Source of the DNA: Mustelus asterias
Taxonomy: Eukaryota
Assembly (NCBI RefSeq): GCF_964213995.1
Contig: NW_027590139.1
Span: 1,178,001 to 1,242,000 of the forward strand
Reading direction: 5' to 3'
Length of the DNA: 64,000 nucleotides
Part shown: positions 26,856-41,545 of the stretch, one piece after another
How positions within the stretch are numbered: the stretch's first letter is position 1
Layout: every line of letters starts with the position of its first letter
Made by a program: the position numbers and the translations under genes
The notes under the pieces: generated by a model
Told to the model about the DNA's origin: nothing
Seen by the model: the letters and a program-made list of their open reading frames with translations, nothing else
The model's database searches: none

Positions 26856-28121
26856 CATCCTTTGCTCCCTCAGCTTGACACATTTATTTGTCTGTCGAAA
26901 AGGATGGTCTTTTTCCTAATGTTCATAATTAAAGGGCAGCTTTCCCCAGGAGATGGCTGACATTTAAGGGGACAGTACATTAATATAGGACAGAGATATG
27001 TCTGGTGTTATATGGTACCCAGATTAGATATATTATTTATGTTTCTGTAATAAAATACATTTATTATTATTTCTTGCATTATAATATAATGCTGTAGCAA
27101 CGTTATACATTTCCAGTCATAAAGTCATTACAGCACAGAAGGAATCCAATTTGGTAACTCGAGTCCATGCTGACTCTCTGTATAACATTCCAGTCCCATT
27201 CCCCCTCTATATCCCCATTCTCCTGAAAGTTTATTTGCTTCAAGTGCCCATCCACTTTCCTTTTGAAATAGAATCCATAGATATGGATGGAGAGTTACAA
27301 CTTTTTGGGAATGAAATAGGAAAGAATCCCAAGGACAGTGAAGCCTCAGTCATCAACTATTTTCAAGAGAGAGATTGATTGGTTTCTAGATATTGAGGAT
27401 ATCAAGGGATATGGGTTTAGTGTGGGGAGAATGATGCTGAGGTAGATGAAAGAATTATCTCATTGAATAGTTTAAAAGGCTCGATGGGCCAAATGGCCGA
27501 CTGCAGCTCCTATTTGTTATGGTCTCTGTGTCCAGGACAGGAAGCAGTGAGCATGGATCTGTCAATCAGCCTCAATCAGCACCTTCAGGAGAATTGGGAG
27601 GGTGAATATTAGATACAGCAGAGTGAGAATGGAGGGAGAGTGTGTGGGATGGAGATTCACAGCTTTTTGGGGAATGAGAGAGGAAAGAATGTTCCATAGA
27701 AACTAGAATTGTCTGTTCTGAATTTCTATCCTGTACTGACACTGATGACTTTTGTGAACTCGTTTTACAGGATATTGGAAGAGGAATCACAGACTGAAAT
27801 CTCAAACTTCACGTCTAGATCTGACAGGATCATATTCCTTGGGAGCTGAATATCATCGGCCTTTGAATCTAGAAGGAGAAATGATTGTCCGATCTGTTGA
27901 ATTGAAAAGATTTCAAACATCAGTGTGACTGGAAAAGCACCAACACACGGCCACACTCAAGTGAGAGTCTTCCAGCGCACTGACTAAAGAGCTTTAACCA
28001 GTCACACAGCCTGAATAAATATCATATCATTCACAGCAGGGAGAGACTGTACCCGTGTTCTGTGTGTGGACGAGGCTTCAACTGATTGTCCACCCAAGAC
28101 AGAGGCAAGGACACCTGCACC

Positions 28122-29216
28122 ATGGAGAAACCATGGAAATGTGCGGACTGTGGGAAGAGGTACAGAGCCCCCTCTCTGCTGGAAGCTCATCGGCGCAGCC
28201 ACACTGGGGAGAGACCATTCACCTGCTCTCAGTGTGGGGAAGGATTCACTCAGTCATTCAGCCTGCAGTCACACCAGCGAGTTCACACTGGGGAGAGGCC
28301 ATTCACGTGTTCTCAGTGTGGGGAGGGATTCAGTCATTTATCCAGCCTGCGCAAACACCAGCGAGTTCACACTGGGGAGAGACTGTTCACCTGTGCTCAG
28401 TGTGGGAAGGGATTCACTTGTTCATCCAACCTGCGGAGACACCAGCCAGTTCACACAGGGGAGAGGCCATTCAGCTGCTCTCAGTGTGGGAAGGGATTCA
28501 CTCTGTCATCCAGCCTGCGGGCACACAAGCGAGTTCACACTGGGGAGAGACCATTCACCTGCTCTCAGTGTGGGAAGGGATTCACTCTGTCATCCCACCT
28601 GCGGAGACACCAGCGAGTTCACACTGGGGAGAGACCGTTCACCTGCTCTCAGTGTGGGAAGGGATTCACTTGTTCATCCAACCTGCAGACACACCAGCGA
28701 ATTCACACTGGGGAGAGGCCATTCACCTGCTCTCAATGTGGGGAGGGATTCATTCGGTCATCCCAGCTGCAGATACACCAGCGAGTTCACACTGGGGAGA
28801 GGCCATTCACCTGCTCTCAGTGTGGTAAGGGATTTACTCAGTCATCCAGCCTGTGGACACACCAGCGAGTTCACACTGGGGAGAGACCGTTCACCTGCCC
28901 TCAGTGTGGGGAGGGATTCACTCGATTAACCAGCCTGCGGATACACCAGCGAGTTCACACTGGGGAGAGGCCGTTCACCTGCTGTCAGTGTGGGAAGGGA
29001 TTCAGTGATTCATCCAGCCTGCTGACACATCAGCGAGTTCACACTGGGGAGAGGCCATTTACCTGCTCTCAATGTGGGAAGGGATTCACTCGCTCATCCT
29101 GCCTGCAGACACACCAGCAAGTTCACACTGGGGAGAGGCCGTTCAGCTGCTCTGTGTGTGAGAAGAGATTCAGTCTTTCATCCCACCTGCTGAGACACCA
29201 ACAAGTTCATGAGTGA
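28122..29216 (+). CDS. C2H2 zinc-finger protein, 13 fingers (364 aa)
   Basis: gcaccATGG start; 13 x 28-aa units, uninterrupted; acceptor ttttacag at 27770. Confidence 0.9.
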   Translation: MEKPWKCADCGKRYRAPSLLEAHRRSHTGERPFTCSQCGEGFTQSFSLQSHQRVHTGERPFTCSQCGEGFSHLSSLRKHQRVHTGERLFTCAQCGKGFTCSSNLRRHQPVHTGERPFSCSQCGKGFTLSSSLRAHKRVHTGERPFTCSQCGKGFTLSSHLRRHQRVHTGERPFTCSQCGKGFTCSSNLQTHQRIHTGERPFTCSQCGEGFIRSSQLQIHQRVHTGERPFTCSQCGKGFTQSSSLWTHQRVHTGERPFTCPQCGEGFTRLTSLRIHQRVHTGERPFTCCQCGKGFSDSSSLLTHQRVHTGERPFTCSQCGKGFTRSSCLQTHQQVHTGERPFSCSVCEKRFSLSSHLLRHQQVHE

Positions 29217-30289
29217 TTCCAGGGGTTGGATTCTGCTGTTATTGTTTCTGCTCTCAATTACATCCAGGACTGCATTTTGTTCATTCAACTCGCTGGTGTG
29301 TCCACAGGCTGGATGACTGAGTAAATCCCTTTATGGGGAGGGTCGGAGGGTTTCTTTCTGCTGGACTGGCCGGTCTCATGACCTTGCCTCCAGTGGGCTG
29401 ATGCTCTTTGAGTCTTGTTGCGAATACCTGGTTTCAAATTTCACAAGGATCACAGAGTGACAGGGTGTTAGGAAGTTAAGAGTCACTATTTCTGTTTGAA
29501 ACCCCCCAGATGCCCATCCAATTTCCTTTGTAATTGTTTATTGTCTCCACTTCCTCCACCCTCGTAGGCAGCGAGTTCCAGGTCATTACCACTCACTGCA
29601 TCAAAATATTTTTCCTCAGATCTCCCCCTGCATCTCTGACCCAAAACCATAAATCTGTGTCCCCCTCATCCTTGTCCAATCAGCTAATGGGAACAGCTTT
29701 TCTTTGTCCACCTTATCTAAACCTGTCAGAATCTTGTCCACCTCCATCAAATTTCCCTTCAACATGCTTTGCTCCAAGGGGAACAACCCCAGCCTGACAT
29801 TGACAATAAAGAACAAACTAACAGAATATGTTACTGCCTGAAATCAAATGGGAATGTTTAATTTCTGTTTTAAAGATCTTGTGAATATACTTTCCTGGAC
29901 AATAAAGAAATTGGAATGACTCACCTTGGGTGTGGTTGAATGGAATATATCAATCTGGTATCCATCTACAGTCTAGGGAAAGTCTGGAATGTGTAGCTGG
30001 AAATCCTTCCCTAACAGCACTGTGGGTGTACTTACACCTCAGGCATTGTAGCAGTTCAGGAAGGCAGTGTTGGTGCTGATCGTGGCCGAGGCAGCTACAT
30101 ACAGCCACATATTCTGTTATAATTGAAGGACTGCAGATTGAATGTGAGGCATTATGGGACTGGACTATCTTGACCACATTCCTGTGACTGCTCAGTTTCT
30201 GCAATCACGAACCATTAAAGCTGCTCAGCAGGGCCCCGACAGAGGACCTGGTGAGAATATTTACTCAGAATGAGCTAAAATTAAACTGG

Positions 30290-30590
30290 GGTGGCACAGT
30301 GGTTAGCACTGCTGCCTCACAGCGCCAGGAACCCGGGTTTTATTCCCAGCTTGGGTCACTGTGTAGAGTTTGCACATTCTCCCCGTGTCTGTGTAGGTTT
30401 CCTCCAGGTTCTCCGGTTTTCTTCCACAGTACAAAGAAGTACGGGTTAGGTGGATTGGCCATGCTAAATTGCCCCTTTGTGTCAGGGGGTCTTGCGAGGG
30501 TAAATGCATGGGGATAGGGTCGGTGGGATTGTGGTTGGTGCAGACTTGATGGGCCGAATGGCCTCCTTCTGCACTGTAGAGATTCTATGA
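30290..30590 (+). mobile_element. HE1/V-SINE-like SINE, near full length
   Basis: tRNA-like head, V-domain, CR1-like tail gggccgaatggcctccttctgcactgtagagattctatg. Confidence 0.85.
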
Positions 30591-31905
30591 GATTATTGCA
30601 GGACCGGCTGGTGTTCAGCGGCTGAGATACCTGGAATCTGTAAAAACGGGGTCTGACTGATCAACAGACCGGGGGAGGTAGCTGACCAAGAAATTAAGAA
30701 GTGTTTTCAGGCATGTTTAAATTATGTTATCATAAATTTGTGATAAGAACTGTGAGGGACTTGTGACCTGATAGTCGGTGAAGTGACGGTACACTCCAAG
30801 TAGCACTGGACTGAAAAGTGGACCTCTAAGAGTGGATTCTAATGGTTATAATCTGACCCAAGCATGGCCAGTGAAAAATTCAGAGCTCGAGTGGGGACTG
30901 GACAGATTTCTTACCTGTCTTTTGGAAACTAAGAGCAAGAAACTTATCGATAAAATGATTTGAGAATAGAGCCAACATTTTGAGTCTGGATGACACTTCA
31001 TAGGAGCTCTCATGAAGGGTCATCCAGACTTGAAACGTTGGCTCTATTCTCTCCCTACAGATACTGTCAGATCTGCTGGGATTTTCCAGCATTTTCTGTT
31101 TTTGTTTTACTTTTATAATAAATGATTCGGTCTGATTGGAATCCCCACGATCCTCCCGCAAGGCAGAGAGAAAGTGGTGACAAAAGGAGAAAAAGGATAT
31201 GGATGATAGAGTCTGGGTTCTGATTCTCCGAGCCCATGTAGAATTAACAAAACGAGTGAACCAGTTTATAAAGAACAGAAATTACCCATCCCTAACAAAA
31301 AACTGATCAAATTAAAATAGGTTGAGAATATAACAAAAAAATTCATAGATGAAGTTTAAAATCAAGTTTCTTTTGTTGTTAGAGAGGGGATTTTTTACAG
31401 TAACTTCATTGCAGTGTTAATGTAAGCTTACTTGAGACTAATTATAAACTTTAAATTTTTTAAAGTTATTTTGTTAGAGGGGTTCAGAATACCTTGAGAT
31501 TAAAAACTAATAAAGGCTATTGAAACAGGGTGGACTGACTTAGACTAATGTAGAATAAGGACCACAATGTGCCTTATTTATATTATACAAAGGTACTGTC
31601 TGCTTAGAGACACATATAACCACTGGTAGAGAATTTAAACATGTATTTCAGATTTAAATATGTACTTTTTGTACTGAAATGTATACCTTGGCCAAACTGC
31701 AGACTGCCCTAAAGCATAATGGGATAAAAGCTGAGTGAGACAGGCCACATTCTTTCAGAACAGTGAAGCCACAGAGCACAGTTTTTATCAGTATGAGTTA
31801 TAAAAGTAAACGCTTCCCAGACACTAGAATGAATAGAATTATTCATTTTTTACTGATGAGGGATGGCTCAGCAGACAGTGGAAAGGAACTTTTGAACACT
31901 ATAAG

Positions 31906-33150
31906 GTATGTGACTAGGGCGGTTGATGGAGGAGAACCGGTGGATGCGATGTTTTTGGATTTCCAAAAGGCGTTTGATAAGGTGCCCCATAAAAGGCTGC
32001 TGAAGAAGATTAGGGCACACGGAGTTGGGGGTAGTGTGTTAAAGTGGATTGGGGACTGGCTATCCGACAGGAAGCAAAGAGTCGGAATAAATGGGTGTTT
32101 TTCCGGTTGGAGGAAGGTAACTAGTGGCGTGCCGCAGGGATCGGTACTCGGGCCGCAACTATTTACCATTTATATAGATGATCTGGAGGAGGGGACGGAG
32201 TGTAGGGTAACGAAGTTTGCAGACGACACAAAGATAAGTGGAAAAGTGAATCGTGTGGAGGACGGAGAAGATCTGCAGAGAGATTTGGACAGGCTGAGTG
32301 AGTGGGCGAGGATATGGCAAATGGAGTATAACGTTGAGAAATGCGAGGTTATACACTTTGGAGGAAATAATAACAAATGGGATTACTATCTCAATGGAAA
32401 CAAATTAAAACATGCTACCGTGCAAAGGGACCTGGGGGTCCTTGTGCATGAGACGCAAAAGCCCAGTCTGCAGGTACAACAGGTGATCAAGAAGGCAAAT
32501 GGGATGTTGGCCTATATTGCGAGGGGGATAGAATATAAAAGCAGGGATGTCTTGATGCACCTGTACAGGGCATTGGTGAGGCCGCAGCTGGAATACTGTG
32601 TGCAGTATTGGTCCCCTTATATGAGGAAGGATATATTGGCATTGGAGGGAGTGCAGAGAAGGTTCACCAGGTTGATACCGGAGATGAGGGGTTTGGATTA
32701 TGAGGAGAGGCTGAGGAGATTGGGTTTGTACTCGTTGGAGTTTAGAAGGATGAGGGGGGATCTTATGGAGACTTATAAGATAATGCGGGGGCTGGATAGG
32801 GTGGAGGCGGAGAGATTCTTTCCACTTAGTAAGGAAGTTAAAACTAGAGGACACAGCCTCAAAATAAAGGGGGGTCGGTTTAAGACAGAGTTGAGGAGGA
32901 ACTTCTTCTCCCAGAGGGTGGTGAATCTCTGGAATTCTCTGCCCACTGAGGTGGTGGAGGCTACCTCGCTGAATATGTTTAAAGCGCGGATGGATGGATT
33001 CCTGATCGGTAAGGGAATTAAGGGTTATGGGGATCAGGCGGGTAAGTGGTACTGATCCACGTCAGATCAGCCATGATATTATTGAATGGCGGGGCAGGCT
33101 CGAGGGGCTAGATGGCCTACTCCTGCTCCTATTTCTTATGTTCTTATGTA
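31906..33150 (+). mobile_element. Young 5'-truncated CR1 LINE with uninterrupted RT C-half
   Basis: [28 protein letters not shown] to stop at 33055; ttcttatgttcttatg tail; the upstream part of ORF 31763 is unrelated flank. Confidence 0.95.
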
Positions 33151-33974
33151 ATAGAAGTTGCTGAGAGTCAGTTAGAAAGCAACCTTTGAACCCTATGGAC
33201 CTACATAAGTGAATGTTGCAAAGTCACAGTGGGCAGGAACTTTCAGATTCTACAGACCAATGAATTCCCATTCTTCCAGAAGAAAGGATGTTATTGGCCA
33301 AGGTAAATATTGTGCACAAACATGATTGGAGCATCCAGTTAGGATGACAGAGTCGGCGGGTGAAATGAACTTTCAAAATAGTATAACTACGTGGCCAATG
33401 TATTGTAACTTTAGAAAGGAGTTGGACTGCCCAGCTGCCTTTCTCCCAGCGTGCGTTGGTCAATAAATAATGTCTTTAACCAGTATACTGTCTTTTGCAA
33501 ATCTTTGTATTAACTGGGTTCAGCTAAATACTTAGCCTCTGAGAAAAAACCCCATTATATGTAAAGTGAAGTAATTGTGGGCCAAGTTTTTTCTGCTCAC
33601 TCCCGACCCCTTTAGGTTCTGTAGAAAAGTTAACCCTTTCAGCAGACAGTTCATTTCTTTGTAAATCACCTGGAAACTCATGTGTCTATTTTAGTTTTTG
33701 ATTGAGGATTTATGGGAACCAGTTAAAAGTGTAAATTTTAAGCAGAGCCTGGATGAATTTGGAAGAACTGTGAGGATTTTATCGTGTTGTCACCTCAACC
33801 CCAGATAAAGAACAAAGATTTTGCAGCTGGCAACATGTTTGGGATTTTAAATCAACAAAGACTAGATGTTTCCTATAAAATCAGGCCTTGGAAGTTGGCT
33901 AAAAAAAGGTTAAGTTATAATGAAAGGGAATAAAGGATCTTGTATCTTATTTTAATCAAGGAGTTGTGAGCTTA

Positions 33975-34850
33975 GACCATAAGACATAGGAGCAGAATTA
34001 GGCCACTCGGCCCATCGAGTCTTCTCCGCTATTCAATCATGGCTGATATTTTTCTCATCCCCATTCTCCTGCCTTTTCCCCAGAACCCCGATCCCCTTAT
34101 TAATCAAGAACCCATCTATCTCTGTCTTACAGACACTCAATGAACTTACCTTCACAGCCTTCTGCAGCAAAGAGTTCCATAGATTCATCACTCTCTGGCT
34201 GAAAAAATTCCTCCTCATCTCTGTTTTCAAGGATCGTCCCTTTAGCCTGAGGTTGTGTCCTCTAGTTCTAGTTTTTCCTCCTAAGTTTCAATAAGATCTC
34301 CCCTCATCCTTCTAAACTCCAATAAATACAGACCTAGAGTCCTCAACCATTCTTCATACGACGACAAGCTCTTCATTCCAGAGATCATTCTTGTGAAGCT
34401 CCTCCAGACCCTTTCCAAGAGCAGCATATCCTTCCTTAGATGTGGGGCTCAAAACTGCTCACAGTACTCCAAATGGGGTCTGACCAGAGCCTTATACAGT
34501 TTAAGAAGTACATCGCTGCTCTTGTATTCTAGCCCTCTTGACATGAATGCTAACATTGCATCTGCCTTCCTAACTGCCAACTAAACCTGCACGTTAACTT
34601 TAAGAAAATCTTGAACAATGACTCCCAAGTCCCTTTGTTCTTCTGATTGCCGAAGCATTTCCCCATTTAGGAAATAGTCGATGCCTCCATTCCTCCTCCC
34701 CAAGTGCATAATCTCACACTTTTCCATTGTATTCCATCTGCCACTTCTTTGCCCACTCTCCGAGCCCATCAAAGTCCTTCTGCAGCCCCCCTGCTTCCTC
34801 AATACTACCTGTCCCTCTACATATCTTTGTATCATCTGCAAACTTAGCAA
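33975..34850 (-). mobile_element. CR1 LINE 3' fragment, followed by a Penelope piece (34857-34962) and a V-SINE (34965-35195)
   Basis: KTEMRRNFFSQRVMNLWNSL; EKCEIMHLGR; cctatgtcttatggtct tail. Confidence 0.85.
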
Positions 34851-37774
34851 TGTGTGGACATTTCCACTCCATCTGACGAAGGAGCAGTGCTCCAAAAGCT
34901 TATGGTATTTGCTACCAAATAAACCTCTTGGACTTTAACCTGGTGTTGTGAGACTTCTTACCGTATTAACCTATCTAACTCACACAGCTTGGGATACTAA
35001 GGGGGAATTCAACATTGCAAATCCACTGAACCTGGGCATCCTTGGTCTGTGGGTGGAAACTGGAGCACCTGGAGGAAGCCCACGGAGACACAGGGAGAAC
35101 ATGCAAACTGCACACAGACACTCACCCAAGACTGGAATTAGATGGGTCCCTGGCGCTGTGAGGCAGCAGTGCTAACCACTGTGCCACCATGTCACCCTAT
35201 AGTTGAGGCCAAAACATTGTCTTATTTCAAGAAGATATGAAATATAGCTCTTGGGGCTAAAGGGATCAAGGGATATGGAAGGAATTGGGGAATCAGGATA
35301 TTGAATTCGATGATCAGCCATGATGAAGATGAATGGTGGAGCAGGCTCAAAGGGCCGAATGGCCGACTCCTGCTTCTAGTTTCTATGTTTCTCTCCACTG
35401 GGCCAGCATTCCATCCAGCGACACAGTGGTTAGCACTGCTGCCTCAAAAAAGCAAATACAGCAATGGCTTTGGCAACTGCTACAATGTGACTGACAGTTT
35501 GACAACGGAGTCAAGGGCATCAGGAGTAAAAGATACCTTGGGAGGTGGAGAAGAATGTGACGGAGATTACGAGCGGGTCCTTGATAGGTTTTCTAAAGAG
35601 AGTCAGAAAGGAAAGAGTGAGTTGGAAAAAGTCCAGAATAAATTAATTTACAGTTACATTGGAAACCTGTGCCTCACAGCTGAGTACAAAATATAAAGAG
35701 TTGAGGGAACTGGTGGATAAGCTGCAGAATGGAGCTGATTGCTGGCAGGAGAGCACGTCTGACCTGGACAATCAGTTACATTGGGAACAGGGGGCAGATG
35801 ATAGGGTGAGTGGAGCTCAGAAAAATCTACTGCTGTTCGGCCAAACTCTGGAACAAGATATTGATTTACAGTCAGAAAATATCAGATCAAGTGAAGAGTT
35901 AGAAAATGCCGTGGGGACTTTGAGGAAGTTAATTCAGCCACAAAGAGACACCTCCCTGAAGCAGACCACTCCCCGTGTTTAGCTAAAATCAAACAACCTG
36001 AGACACAAATCAGTCACCAGCGAGCACATTTAGTTGTTTTCTCCAAAAAAATAATCACTGAAAGCACTCCTCCCTCTCCTCTGCCTCTCCTGTGTGATAA
36101 GGGAATGCAGGTGTGTGAGGTTAGCCATGACTTCTGCACCATCATGATCCACAACCCTTACTCCAAGTTGGTTTGCTCAGTTGAAGGAATACTGTACATT
36201 TGAGTCATAATTGTTGAAGCAGAGTGTTGTTTGAAAGCATCACAGATTCGAAGAATTAGTTTGGAAAGGGAATAAAAATTAATTTAATTTGAACTGCCAT
36301 GAGTTTCTGTTTGAAATAAATTCAGACTGCACTAAAATATGAAAGGAATGTATTTGGGTTTGAAATTAAGTTGTTGAAGGTTAGAATTGTGAAGGCCAAT
36401 TTGCTCCCAAAACACAAAGATAAGGCTGCAGTTTGGCAGCAAACCAGTTCCAACTTTCCAAAACATCGGAGTTAAAATTGTTGAGATTTGGTTAACAACA
36501 CATTTCACAAAGTATTTCTTTCAACTTCGATTAAGTAGCAAATATTGAAAATTGAAATTGGTGTTCAAAAAAGGATGGATAAAAGAGATGAAATTTGAAC
36601 AAAATTGAAGAAAATAACATGAGAGAAATTTTTAAAATTATATAAATTGACACAATTGCCAAGTTTCCTCTGCCCACTCCCCGCCTCTCTCGGTTCCACA
36701 GAGAAGTTAACCCTTTCAGCAGACAGCTGATTTTTATAAATCTCCACACAGCCTTTGTTTTTTAATGTAACCTGTGATTGGACACATTAACTCACTGGGA
36801 TCTTGGCCAGAGCCAGATGGATTGTTTATGGGGTTTTTTTAAACAGGTGATGACGTTTTCACTCACAAACAATCCGAGTGAAGGCAGCAGTTTTGAGAAT
36901 TAAAGCAGAGAATAAAAGACTTTACCTTTCAGAAAGCCAACAAGCCTGCTTTTGATATTGGAATTGATAAATATCTGACATGGGTTGCTATTTCAAGCAT
37001 TTAAAATGGAAATTTACCTGATGTTTAAGGGAAAGAACAAAATTGATAATGCCTGGAATCAAACAGAAATGTTCGGTTTCTGTTAAAAGATATTATGAGA
37101 ATACTTCATGATTTATTTGACTCCAAAGATTCTCCAGAACTCCTGAAAGTGTAGTTTAAAGCAATCCATACATTTGGGTGTTTATGAAGATTTGAGTGAA
37201 AGGGAAGTCCAGATGAGATGAATGAGGTGACAGTTTTCTCTTGGAGATATTTGTTTCTTTGTCTATGAACTATTTGAGAGAACTGAATTTGATAATCTGG
37301 CCACCACCTGACACATTGGGACTGTACAGGGGGAAATAAGCAAAGACATTGAGATGAAGAACCCCTTTGACTCTGACTTTTGACTTTCTTCTGAAGATTC
37401 TGACAGAATTATGTAATGGTGCTTCTTTTGTAAGAAAGTGGAATCCAGGATGATGAAACTGATTGGTAAAATACACAGCACAATCCCAAAAGACCTGATA
37501 AACCTTCCACAAATGTAAAACAATGATTTGTTGGAGAGGGAAAAGAGATGCCAACAAATATGACAAAAGAACACTGTCTGGTTAAAAATAAAATGAGAGG
37601 CAACGTTTAACAGGGAGGGACATGTGTGAAGATGGCTTATGAGCGCGAGACTCCAACAGAGGGTTAAAGAAGGAGTTGGAACACCGATGTGAGATTGCAG
37701 AGGTGGTTTGTAAATTGTGAAGGAACTGACATCCGACAGTACACGGTGGAACTGCACTGAAGAATATAAAGGTT

Positions 37775-38770
37775 GGCATGGTGGCACAGTGGTTAGCACT
37801 GCTGCCTCACAGCGCCAAGGACTCGGGTTCAATTCTGGCCTTGGGTGACTGTCTGTGTGGAGTTTGCACATTTTCCCCATGTCTGTGTGGGTTTCCTCCG
37901 GGTGCTCCAGTTTCTTCCCTCAGTCCAAGATTGGCAGGTTAGGTTGATTGGCCATAGCAAATTGTCCCTTCATGTCAGCGGAACGAGCAGGGTAAATAAG
38001 TGGTGTTATGGGGATAGGGCCTGATGGGATTGTGGTCTGGGGAAATGCTTAGGAAATCAGAAGCACAAAGGGACTTGTAAGTTCTGGTTCAGGACTCTCT
38101 TAAGGTTAACGTGCAGGTTCAGTTGACAGTTTGGAAGGCAAATGCAATGTTAGCATTCATGTCGAGAGGGCTAGAATACAAGAGCAGGGATGTACTTCTG
38201 AGGCTGTCTAAGGCTCTGGTCAGACCCCATTTGGAGTATTGTGAGCAGTTTTGGGCCCCTTATCTAAGGAAGGATGTGCTGGCCTTGGAAGGGGTCCAGA
38301 GGAGGTTCACAAGAATGATCCCTGGAATGAAGAGCTTCTCGTATGAGGAATGGTTGAGGACTCTGGGTCTGTACTCATTGGAGTTTGGAAGGATGAGGGG
38401 GGATCTAATTGAAATTTACAGAAGCCTGAGAGGCCTGGAGAGAGTGGACGTGGAGAGGGTGTTTCCACCAGTGGGAGAGTCGAGAACTCGAGGGCACAAC
38501 CTCAGAGTGAAGGGATGATCCTTTAAAACAGATGAGGAGGAATTTCTTCAGCCAGAGTGGTGAATCTTTGGAAGGAGAGCTGTGGAGACCCGGTCATTGA
38601 GTGTCTTTAAGACAGAGATAGACAGGTTCTTGATTAATAACTGGATCAAGGGTTACGGGGAGAAGACAGGAGAATGGGGACAAGAATCAGATCAGCCATG
38701 ATTTAATGGCAGAGCAGATTCGACGGGCCAAATGGCCTAATCCTGCTCCTATATCTTATGGTCTTATGAT
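37775..38770 (+). mobile_element. V-SINE (37775-38040) plus CR1 3' fragment (38040-38770)
   Basis: SINE head ggtggcacagtggttagcact; KANAMLAFMSRGLEYKS..; atcttatggtcttatg tail. Confidence 0.85.
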
Positions 38771-39284
38771 TACATTAGAACGGTCTGGGTATTCTGTATC
38801 TGAGATCATCAATATAATTTCTCCCATTGATCACTGGTTTTTAATAAAGTTTTACCTTGATACTGTGACATTGGTTTCCGGAGTATAATTGCCACCTTGT
38901 CGGAGAAACCCGCTAACAAATGGTGTGGAAGGGGTTCTGGGTTAATTAGCAGAACGACAGGCAGAGTCTGAGGTTTAGCAACAGCTGGGGAGGAAAGAGT
39001 TACAGGGATTCCCTGTACTGCCTGGGGTGGTGGTGGAGGCAGATACAATAGGGGCTTTTAGATAAGCACATGAATATGTAAGGAATAGAGGAATATGGAC
39101 CAAGGGCAGGCAGAAAGGAATAGTTTAATTTGGCATCATGTTTAACGCAACATCGTGGGCTGAAGGGTCTGTTCCTGTGCTGTACTGTTCTATGTTCTAT
39201 TTGTGATCTCCATTTAGAAAAAGGAAACAGAGGCACTGGAGAAGGGGCAAGAAAGATTCACAAGAATAATCCCAGAACTGTAAT

Positions 39285-40555
<1,271 letters not shown>

Positions 40556-40789
40556 CAAAAGAGTTTATAAAATTCATCAGTGTTAGTACAGGATAGAAAT
40601 TCAGAACGGACAATTCTAGTTTCTATGGAACATTCTTTCCTCTCTCATTCCCCAAAAAGCTGTGAATCTCCATCCCACACACTCTCCCTCCATTCTCACT
40701 CTGCTGTATCTAATATTCACCCTGCCAATTCTTCGAAAGGTGCTGATTGAGGCTGATTGACAGATCCATACTCACTGCTTCCTGTCCTG

Positions 40790-41545
40790 GATGTGGAGAT
40801 GTCGGTGTTGGACTGGGGTAGACACAGTAAGAAGTTTCACAACACCAGGTTAAAGTCCAACAGGTTTATTAGTAGCAGGAGCTTTCGGAGCACTGCTCCT
40901 TCATCAGCTGTGTGCAGGATTTGGTTCGCAAACAGGGCATATATAGACACAAACTCCATTATAAGATAATGGTTGGAATGCGAGTCTTAACAGGTAATCA
41001 AGTCTTTACAGGTACAATGTGAGTGGAGAGAGGGTTAAGCACAGGTTAAAGAGGTGTGAATTGTCTCAATGTTGTCTCAATTGTCTCACGTTGTTTGTCT
41101 CTTAAAGACTTGATTAGCTGTAAGTATTCGCATTCCAACCATTATTCATGTAAATTGAGTCTGTGTCTTTATATGCCCTGTTTGTGAACAGAATTCCCAC
41201 TCTCCTAAAGAAGGGGCTTGGAGCTCCGAAAGCTTGTGTGGCTTTTGCGACCAAATAAACCTGTTGGACTTTAACCTGGTGTTGTTAAACTTCTTACTGA
41301 ATTGTCTCAAGCCAGGATAGTTAGTGAGATTTTGCAAGCCCAGCAAGTTGTGGGGGTTACAGATAGTGTGACATGAACCCAAGATCCTGGTTGAGACCGT
41401 CCTCATGTGTGCGGAACTTGGCTATCAGTTTCTGCTCAGCGATTCTGCACTGTCGTGAGTCTTGAAGGCCGCCTTGGAGAACGCTTACCCGAAGATCAAG
41501 GGCATTCAGCCTCTGATCTTCGGGTAAGTGTTCGCCAAGGCGGTT
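40790..41545. mobile_element. Rearranged, inverted Penelope terminal fragments
   Basis: Minus 40790-41090, plus 41100-41300, minus 41300-41545, all homologous to 6052-6545. Confidence 0.8.

Noticed and set aside
27926-28085. Selenocysteine or readthrough at the shared TGA codons upstream of MEKPWKC
   Set aside because: Some paralogs have TAA, the leaders contain frameshifts, and CGA>TGA CpG decay explains the stops.
28055-28929. Long alternative-frame ORFs over finger arrays (HTSEFTLGR.., TPASSHWGE..)
   Set aside because: Shadow frames of the 84-bp finger repeat; no independent coding evidence.
31763-31905. N-terminal extension making a 430-aa RT fusion gene
   Set aside because: GTG start in unrelated flank; chance open frame in front of a young truncated CR1.
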